Source of the DNA: Epithemia pelagica
Lineage: Eukaryota > Protista > Bacillariophyta
DNA: 64,000 nt
Reading direction: 5' to 3'
Assembly (NCBI GenBank): GCA_946965045.2
Contig: OX337239.1
Location: 806,001 to 870,000 of the forward strand
In this document: one piece after another, positions 56,141 to 64,000 of the stretch
Position numbering within the stretch: position 1 is the first letter of the stretch
Layout: each line of letters opens with the position of its first letter
Notes under the pieces: generated by a model
Told to the model about the DNA's origin: nothing
The model's database searches: none
The model's input: only the letters and a program-made list of their open reading frames with translations
Made by a program: the position numbers and the translations under genes

Positions 56141-56816
56141 GGCGTCAACCAGTGTGGCGCGATCGTACTGCGGCACCGGACCATCGCTCTTTTTGGGGGG
56201 TGGACGGTCGTACCGTTCTTCCTCTTTTGGCTGTGTTGGTGAGTGAAAAACCATCATGGAGTGTCTTGCTCTACCGTTTGGAGGATGAGGGTGGTAGTAC
56301 GATTGAATCACTGACCAGAACCAACAAACAACACAAACAACGGTCCAGGAGTGCCCGCCAAATGTGCCGCCGTCCATCTCGTGGTGGTGGTGCTGCTGCT
56401 TCGGATTGTCTCGGTGACGTGCCACACGATTCTTGGGTTTCCTGTTTTTCATGGCCCTTTTGTATCGTTGTTGTTACCATGCCGAAACGACAAGGGACTA
56501 CGGACACAAGACTTGTTATTGTTGTTGTTGATGATGTGGTTGTTGCCGGTCGACAAAAAAAGATATTCTGGATCCACTACGCTTGAGCGGTTACAGCATA
56601 TAAAATGTTTATTTTTTACAAAACTTCAAGGAGATTCTTCGATGGGGGAGTGTCATTGCTTCTCTTGTTCCCCTTCTTTGTTCCTCTTGCTGACAAGGTG
56701 CGACGATTGCAACAACAACAACAGCGACGACGACGGTTCCTCTCTGCTAGAGTATCAGATTCAAAAACGTTCCAACTCTCTCTTCCTTCTCCTTCCTGTT
56801 CTCTCCTTTTTGTTGA

Positions 56817-58787
56817 ATGCCAGAATCGTCGTCCCTTTCTCGTCCCTTGTTACCAGGAGCGTCTCCCGACACCATGGCAACGAGCAGCACGACGACGACA
56901 ACGGCGTTTCCCAATGACATTGCACGTCACGTCCTCTTGCACATTCCTTCCGAATACCACCACAAAAAATCAAACCAACCATCCTTGGGCAGTTCCCTTT
57001 GTTATATCCAGTATCAGGCCGATACCGGCTTGTTGCAAGTGATTCAACATGTGCCATCCCCTCCTTCTTCCACCCGTTTGCCACCAAACGACCATGACGA
57101 CGACGAAGAATCCCTGGTCGTTTTGGATGTGTTGGATCCCGACGATCTGATTGGAGCACGACTCGTCATTGAAGAATCTCCACACACAGAGCAGGAGGAG
57201 GAGGAACACAACACTATCAATACTGCCACCAATGAACCGTCGTCGTCGGTCTTGCGCAATCGACACGGCCAAGCGACCTTGCACTTGTATTGTTATCCTC
57301 GTCGCAATCCCCAACAACAAACAACATCCTGGATGCAATGGTGTGGATTGTCGTCCCGGTCCACATCCGTGCCTGTCAATACCCCCAATCCTCATCAAAC
57401 CCACAAAGTGGTGCCCCCGACGACCGAATCACCACACTGGCCTCGCGTCGCCCACTTTCGTGCCTGGTCGGTGGCACCGGTCGAAGATTTGGGACACGTG
57501 CAAACTCTGTTGCAGGCCTTGCAAGAGGTGGCACATCCCCACCAACAAGCACACCAAACGGAACGCAACGTGTTGGTCTTGATCAATCCCGTTTCGGGTG
57601 CCAAACGCAATGCCTCCACCATTTACGAAACGTATGTCAAACCCATGGTGGGAGTTCAATCGGGGACGGTCCGTCACTTGCATGTGTGTCGGACCACTCA
57701 TGCCGGTCATGCCCAAGAACGCATGGCCGTCCGTGACACTCCCACAACGACAACAAGCGACTCGAATGACAATGATGATGATACGGATCCGGGATGGGAT
57801 ATTTCCCGGTATCAGGCCATTGTCGTAATGGGCGGTGATGGTCTCTTGTTTGAAGTTTTGAATGGTCTCGTGGCGCGTCCCGATGCGCACGACTTGCTCT
57901 TGACGAACCAGAATCATTTGACGGTCGGTGTCGTGGGGTGTGGTACTTCCAATGGCATGGCCACGAGTCTTACCCATGCCTCTCACGAACCCTACGGTCC
58001 CTTGACGGAAACCTTTTTGATTGCCAAGGGACATGAAACGCTCATGGATGTCAGTCGATATGAAACCATGACATCGACAACAACAACCACGACAACAAAA
58101 TCGTACATTTCCTTCTTGACCTATGCCTATGCCATGATTGCCGACATTGATATTGAATCCGAAGTCTTGCGATGGTTGGGAGAATTGCGCAATGATGTTT
58201 GGGCCGTCTGGCGGGTCTTGTGGTTGCGACACTATCCCGCCACGTTCCATTATCTGCCGGTCAATTCGACAAGTCGTGGTGCGGGCATGGTTCCAGTATC
58301 CAGCTTGCCACCCCTTTCGCAACCCTTGGAGAATTCTACGACGGACCAGGACAAGGACGGTCCGGAATGGGTCACGATTCAGGGTGACTTTTATCTCTTG
58401 TGGGTATCGCATGTCTCTCATGCCGCCATGCACACCCATCAAGCTCCCGGTCAATCGCTCAATCAAGGAGCCTTTCAAGTCATGATGGTGCGCAAACAAG
58501 GCGGCACGGCCATTTCCAAATGGCGCATGGCGTGGATTTTGTTGGGCTTGGAAACAGGTCGTCATGTAGATATGAGCCCCTGGGTGGAACTGGTCCAGTG
58601 TACGGCCCTGCGATTGGAACCCTTGGGCGGACAACGACGAGTGGGTCGCAATGTCGTGGATGGAGAATTGGTCGAACCCGGTCCCATTCAAGGAGTGGTC
58701 GTCCCGGGATTGATCCATGTCTATGCCGGTCCAGCGGCCAGTGTCCAGGCACCCCTTCGGACTCGCACCGTTCCAACGGTACTATAG
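56817..58787 (+). CDS. Sphingosine/ceramide kinase-like (DAGK catalytic domain)
   Basis: LINPVSG, TTHAGHA, GGDGLLFEVLNG, GCGTSNGMA, DIDIESEVLRWLGELR and VDGE motifs. Confidence 0.88.
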   Translation: MPESSSLSRPLLPGASPDTMATSSTTTTTAFPNDIARHVLLHIPSEYHHKKSNQPSLGSSLCYIQYQADTGLLQVIQHVPSPPSSTRLPPNDHDDDEESLVVLDVLDPDDLIGARLVIEESPHTEQEEEEHNTINTATNEPSSSVLRNRHGQATLHLYCYPRRNPQQQTTSWMQWCGLSSRSTSVPVNTPNPHQTHKVVPPTTESPHWPRVAHFRAWSVAPVEDLGHVQTLLQALQEVAHPHQQAHQTERNVLVLINPVSGAKRNASTIYETYVKPMVGVQSGTVRHLHVCRTTHAGHAQERMAVRDTPTTTTSDSNDNDDDTDPGWDISRYQAIVVMGGDGLLFEVLNGLVARPDAHDLLLTNQNHLTVGVVGCGTSNGMATSLTHASHEPYGPLTETFLIAKGHETLMDVSRYETMTSTTTTTTTKSYISFLTYAYAMIADIDIESEVLRWLGELRNDVWAVWRVLWLRHYPATFHYLPVNSTSRGAGMVPVSSLPPLSQPLENSTTDQDKDGPEWVTIQGDFYLLWVSHVSHAAMHTHQAPGQSLNQGAFQVMMVRKQGGTAISKWRMAWILLGLETGRHVDMSPWVELVQCTALRLEPLGGQRRVGRNVVDGELVEPGPIQGVVVPGLIHVYAGPAASVQAPLRTRTVPTVL

Positions 58788-58924
58788 GATCCTAACTCAG
58801 AGCAAACAGTTTCCTCACACCAACAAACATTTGTGTCCCCATTCTGTCTGGAGCCATGGGAGTCGTAGGATATAGGTCGTCCCGGAACCACCATTCCAGT
58901 ATAGGGGGTATCGTTGCGGGTGAC

Positions 58925-59053
<129 letters not shown>

Positions 59054-59637
59054 AACTCCTCCCGTCTCTACTACCTACTACTCTCCCTGGGATTACCAAC
59101 AAGAACAATCTTTGGATCGTCCACCTCTCTCTCGAGCTAGTGCCCGTCTAGCTAGCTATTTTGTAGAGTCCAGGCAGAGAGTCAGCCCAGTTTGGTAGAT
59201 GCCCTTATTCGCGTCGCTCTCTGGACTCCTGCGAAGGGGCTTGTCGGACCCCATTGCGGCCTCGAGTACCTGGAGGAAAAAACCTGGTGTCTCTGCATTC
59301 TGCATCTCTTACACACATAGGTTCCATAGTTTCTCTCTCCCAGAAACGACGAGGCCAGTTTCCCAAAAATCGGCATAGCCTACTCTTTTTTGGATGCCAT
59401 TGCATTAAGTGGGCAATTCTATTGGACGACCCCCAAATCCGTCTCCAGTGACTAACAGACGCTTGTTGGGAAATACCCAACAAGCTTTATTGCTCCCCAT
59501 CACGATCATCGCGAAAAAAACCAACCGTAAAACCACAACGGCTTTTTTCATTCGCAGAGGGAAAAAAGGGGATTCTCCATGGTGGAGCAAACCACCAGCC
59601 GTCCACAACACTCCACAAACCAACAACCGTATTGACC

Positions 59638-62600
59638 ATGACAACGGCGGCATCCTCATCGACGACTCGACGAATGGACTTGGAACAGTATCGTCAACCA
59701 TCCTTGGCCTCGATGGATTCCATGTCTCGATTTACAGCCCAAAACTCCGACAATCCTCATGCATCCTCTTCGCACGAAGATTCGTTGAATTTTGAATTGT
59801 TGCAACCCGGTGAAGATTTACTGGGAGGAGGCGGCGAAAGTACGGACGATGATGAGGATGGGGCGCACAATCTGTCTCAAATGGTATTGGGGAGAACTCC
59901 CTTGCACCATAGTACAGGCCGATTGCTCTTGCGAGGAGGAGGATCCAAGAGTTTTCGTCGTACCACCAACAACCACAACAAATCGTCCACATCGGTCTTG
60001 TCGGCACCCTTGTCTTCCTCCACCAGTTCGCTCTTGACAAGTACAACAACTACAACCACCACAACATCCACAACCCCAACCACAGTGACTGGAGATAGTG
60101 GTGACAAACAAAACCAATATCTTCGAATGGACAAACGCAAACTCTATCGTCGAGCCATGAAGAATTTCTTGTCGGTGGATTTGCCAGACCAAGAGGACGA
60201 GGATACCATTGAGCCAGAACCCAACCAGGATGGAACCAATACTACTACTAGGCCAGACGACAAGGATGACACTACCACATCGCATCTCGATGATACCAGC
60301 AATCCAGACACGTACAATGATCCACAGGATGATTTGTTGGCCTTTGCGAGTTTTATTCAATCACGACACTGTCATCCAGAAAACGACGTGTTTGGAAACA
60401 ACAACGACGACAACAAAACTACGGCTCCTCATGATGTCTTGCCAGCTAGGCCAGACACTTCCGAAACACACACCACCACCACCACCACCACCACCACCAA
60501 TCATCCTATCCACAACAACAACAACAACAATCACAGGATGGACAATCGTCGAGCTCTCTTGACTCGAAGTACCAGTCATTCGAGTGTTCAGAGTCACAGC
60601 CACCATTCCAATCATGCTGCTGCTCCACTGGACCGTCATGGACGTCCACCCGTGTCTCGATGCAGTAGTCACAGCAGTCAGGGGAGTGACAGTATCGTGC
60701 CCTTTCAAGCTGCACCTAGTGGTACTACTACTTCTTCTTCGACTCGAGGCATGTTGCTGGCGGCGGCGGGTCGATCCAAGAGTCATCGCAGTCTCCGGTC
60801 CCACGACAGTACGAGTATGGACTCCACGGCCGGAGGACTCCGCCGGGGACGTCCTCCCTTGCCGCGTGCCACGAGCAGTCGCAGTATGGAAAGTACCGGT
60901 CGTCCTCCCCTTCGGTCTACGAGTGCTTCGAGTGGTCGACCGGGGTTGACCCGAGCCTCGAGTCAGTACAGTTTGAAACGGTACGACGAACAACAGTCTC
61001 GACCTCCTCCCAGGGTGACGCGTACCAATAGCAATGGGAGTGGTGGTGGCGAACGTGTGGTTCGTCCTGGATTGGCTCGGACCAAAAGTCATGCCAGTTT
61101 GAACAGTGGCAGCAGTCCTGGAGGATCGTTGGGCGGCGCCAACCGTGTCGGTCCCCGACGACCCGACTTGATGCGGTCGCAAAGTCAGCACAGTTTGTCC
61201 AGCAAGAACAGCAACAACAACAACAATCATGACAGCCATGCGAGGAGGGGGGATCCTCCTCCCAGGGTTGGTGGAACAACAACAACAGGGGAGACTACTA
61301 TTAGTAAGGGGGGAGCAACGAATAATACCATGGGGCGTCCAAGTTTGTCGCGGTCGAGTAGTCATGCGAGTTTGAATCATTCGTCTTCTTATCATCGCAG
61401 CAGCAGCAACGACAACCACAACCGTCTGGGAGGAGAAGGGCCTCCCACGAAAAACAACATGACACATGGAGGTCGACCGGGGGTGACTCGGTCTCAAAGT
61501 CATTCTAATTTGCAAAGCACAAGAAGTAATGGGGAGGATGCCACATTGAAGGACTACTCCAACAATAAGGAACCACCACGAGGTGCGTTCCAATCTCGAC
61601 CTCGTTTGGAACGCAACACAAGCCATGGTCGTCTCATGACCAACACCAATGGCAGTAGTACCAATCCACCCATTCCACCGAGTCGAGAACGAGGAACCAT
61701 TCGTCCCAGTCTGGAACGCAACCACAGTCACAGTCGTCTGCTGAATCCAGCACAATCACCATCCTCGTTGCAATCGACGACGAATGCCAGAAGTGGTGGT
61801 GGAACACGGCCCAGTCTGGACCGAAACACGAGTCATGGTCGTCTCACAACCGACTCCACTAATTCACAACAACAACCAGAAGTGACCAATACTACTTGGA
61901 GAGGGACACGACCCAGTCTGGACCGAAACACCAGTCATGGTCGACTCATGACGACCGACAATCCTCCACAACCACCACCACGAACCAACCCACTATACAA
62001 CAATTTGGATCGCTCTCGTACGTCACGAGATCGACCGGCATTGATTCGATCCGGTAGTCATCCGAGTTTGTCCAGCAATAATGACGTTCAAGCTGGTACT
62101 CCTGGAAATGGCCAAAATTCACAGACCAAGACCATACTACTACTTCAATCCAGTCGTCATAGTGCAAACAGCAACGACCGAGACGGAGTACGACACACAG
62201 CAACGAGCAGACCCAACCACGACAAGAGTCGATCGTACCATCCGTCCGCCGAGTTCCGCGCCACCGGAGAAACACGAGGTTCCATGCAACTTGAGGATGA
62301 TCCAATAGGTAGTACTCAGGATAAAGTCGAGTCGCCCCTGTTTGAACCCCAAGAATGGGCTTTTCCATCTCCAGCATCTCCAAAGCCGACGAGAACGGAT
62401 CTTGGTACCACCTCGCAGCAACACTCACCCTACAGCAACCCAGGAGTCTCACGTGATCATGATGATGATGACGAAGACATGGATGGCATTGTTTTACAAG
62501 ATCTGAGCGAAACAACCGATATTGACGAATCTTCAACAGCCTCTTCTTTTTATTCGGAAAACAATCCAGTTAGTTTGAATTTCGGCGATTATTATGAGCA

Positions 62601-64000
62601 ACCAGATCCTCTCGCCACAGCGAATATTGCGTCTCTGAAAACAAAGCCATTAAAGGATAATGATGATGGAATCGACGCTGTCATTGCATCCGTCTTGGCC
62701 CTGCACGATGCCGTGTCCGAAGCACCCTCAGCAATGGTGACTGGAGAAAAGAATATCCCCTCCAGCAATAACCTTCGTCATGCCGAATCGCATGCAAAAG
62801 TTTCTTCTCAGAAAAGGCCTCATGCAGCGCAACAGAGGGCACTACAAAACAAAAGGGAGTCTGGTCCAGGAAATCGCTCTCATCGACAACCACAAGTGCA
62901 CGACGAATCCGGCACTGTTTCTTCCAAAGGAGACCACATGCGCAGGCATCCACAGCATCCTCATCATCACCACCATCATCATCATACTCGTGATAGAGGG
63001 CCACAACCACCGCAGAGAAAGCCACCGAATCGAGAAGTGACAATGCAACCACAAAGTAGAGGAATCTCACCACATCGATCCAGAGTTATGGGTGATGCAC
63101 AGGGGACGCGTGCTCAATCCAGTCGACCTCGTGGAGCGAGTCCTCTCCGACGTGAAAATGGGGGTCAATCCAGAATTCGTGGAGCGAGTCCTACACGACG
63201 CGGGAGTGGAGGTGGTTATGGGGAAGAAGCCAACTCGTCGTCCAATTCTCCCCGTCCAACCAAGCCAGTCCGTACAGGCGGACCTTCGACGCAACGTGGA
63301 ACCAGTCCTCCTCGGCGTAGAACTGATGCACAGGGGGTATCTTCGGGGCCTCATGGCAATAGATCCGATAATCGTCGCACTGGTTCTCCTCCTAGAAGGA
63401 AAAGTGCGGGGGCAGACGGAGCTATTCGGATGCCACAGAAATCGGAACCATTGGATGGTCCAGCGAGACGGCACAGTAGTCCATTTCGACGCAGTGCCGC
63501 TGATGAACATGGCTTTGAACAGGTCAAGTCGCCACGAGATCATAAAGTACACGCAACTGTGTCGTCTCCAATCTCACCCACAGGCCGAAGAAAAATGCAC
63601 AAGAACAAACCAACGGGGCCTGATTTGAATCACGTGCTATCTCCTTATTCACCCAAAAATGTCAGCAAAAGTCCACACAAGATATCGACACCAACAACAC
63701 CCAAAAAGTCAGGAACGAATCTCTCTCGACAACTGAGAAGTCCTGGAAAACTGAGTGCAGGCCAGTCTCCGGCTTCTACGCCCTCCATTCGGAAGAAACG
63801 TGCCTCGCCACGCAGCTTTGCAGCGGATTTTGTGGTTTGTACGAAAAAGGAACCCAAGACACCAACCCGAATCGCCAAGGAACAGGAAGGCCGAGAGCAT
63901 CTCGAACAAAGTTTGGCCGATCTAGTGGAAAGTATGCTGGAAGCGGACCAATCCGAACGTGGCGAGCATGATGTGCCTGACCGTCGACGTCAGATGAAAG
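59638..64000 (+). CDS. Large low-complexity/disordered protein, 3'-partial (>1450 aa), with repeated P-x-L-x-R-x-x-S-H-x-x-L motifs
   Basis: Frame 1 is open from ATG 59638 (MTTAASSSTTRRMDLEQY) to the window end with no stop, by manual translation. It is absent from the ORF track because it has no stop in the window. Confidence 0.8.
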   Translation, partial: MTTAASSSTTRRMDLEQYRQPSLASMDSMSRFTAQNSDNPHASSSHEDSLNFELLQPGEDLLGGGGESTDDDEDGAHNLSQMVLGRTPLHHSTGRLLLRGGGSKSFRRTTNNHNKSSTSVLSAPLSSSTSSLLTSTTTTTTTTSTTPTTVTGDSGDKQNQYLRMDKRKLYRRAMKNFLSVDLPDQEDEDTIEPEPNQDGTNTTTRPDDKDDTTTSHLDDTSNPDTYNDPQDDLLAFASFIQSRHCHPENDVFGNNNDDNKTTAPHDVLPARPDTSETHTTTTTTTTTNHPIHNNNNNNHRMDNRRALLTRSTSHSSVQSHSHHSNHAAAPLDRHGRPPVSRCSSHSSQGSDSIVPFQAAPSGTTTSSSTRGMLLAAAGRSKSHRSLRSHDSTSMDSTAGGLRRGRPPLPRATSSRSMESTGRPPLRSTSASSGRPGLTRASSQYSLKRYDEQQSRPPPRVTRTNSNGSGGGERVVRPGLARTKSHASLNSGSSPGGSLGGANRVGPRRPDLMRSQSQHSLSSKNSNNNNNHDSHARRGDPPPRVGGTTTTGETTISKGGATNNTMGRPSLSRSSSHASLNHSSSYHRSSSNDNHNRLGGEGPPTKNNMTHGGRPGVTRSQSHSNLQSTRSNGEDATLKDYSNNKEPPRGAFQSRPRLERNTSHGRLMTNTNGSSTNPPIPPSRERGTIRPSLERNHSHSRLLNPAQSPSSLQSTTNARSGGGTRPSLDRNTSHGRLTTDSTNSQQQPEVTNTTWRGTRPSLDRNTSHGRLMTTDNPPQPPPRTNPLYNNLDRSRTSRDRPALIRSGSHPSLSSNNDVQAGTPGNGQNSQTKTILLLQSSRHSANSNDRDGVRHTATSRPNHDKSRSYHPSAEFRATGETRGSMQLEDDPIGSTQDKVESPLFEPQEWAFPSPASPKPTRTDLGTTSQQHSPYSNPGVSRDHDDDDEDMDGIVLQDLSETTDIDESSTASSFYSENNPVSLNFGDYYEQPDPLATANIASLKTKPLKDNDDGIDAVIASVLALHDAVSEAPSAMVTGEKNIPSSNNLRHAESHAKVSSQKRPHAAQQRALQNKRESGPGNRSHRQPQVHDESGTVSSKGDHMRRHPQHPHHHHHHHHTRDRGPQPPQRKPPNREVTMQPQSRGISPHRSRVMGDAQGTRAQSSRPRGASPLRRENGGQSRIRGASPTRRGSGGGYGEEANSSSNSPRPTKPVRTGGPSTQRGTSPPRRRTDAQGVSSGPHGNRSDNRRTGSPPRRKSAGADGAIRMPQKSEPLDGPARRHSSPFRRSAADEHGFEQVKSPRDHKVHATVSSPISPTGRRKMHKNKPTGPDLNHVLSPYSPKNVSKSPHKISTPTTPKKSGTNLSRQLRSPGKLSAGQSPASTPSIRKKRASPRSFAADFVVCTKKEPKTPTRIAKEQEGREHLEQSLADLVESMLEADQSERGEHDVPDRRRQMK

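Overview
Eukaryotic nuclear DNA, most likely from a raphid pennate diatom. This is inferred from CoDi-type copia elements, a bipartite signal peptide + Phe plastid-targeting motif, short GT-AG introns and PTxxPT mucin repeats. The first ~30 kb is a transposon cluster with four parts: a 5'-truncated Ty1/copia element with one in-frame stop and an unusually long, partly hydrophobic gag-protease linker; a second copia element with 115-bp non-canonical terminal repeats, an in-frame gag/pol TGA and a chromodomain-like module; a complete Ngaro-like tyrosine-recombinase retrotransposon with split direct repeats and a degenerate C5-methyltransferase-like segment; and a TA-flanked MITE whose empty site is in the same window. 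Two host genes lie between these elements (a plastid-targeted small protein and an NXPE/PC-esterase-like protein). The rest holds host genes (GST, a 4-exon secreted adhesin-like protein, PI-PLC, DUF4336, ACBP-ankyrin, U2AF65, a divergent mitochondrial carrier, a sphingosine/ceramide kinase), a (TG)63 tract and a >1450-codon disordered ORF running off the right end. The most striking unexplained structure is a 17-copy ~200-bp tandem array at 52.7-56.1 kb in which each monomer is a ~165-nt imperfect foldback hairpin. No CRISPR, rRNA or tRNA genes were recognised. All protein family calls are from motif recognition by eye, not database searches.
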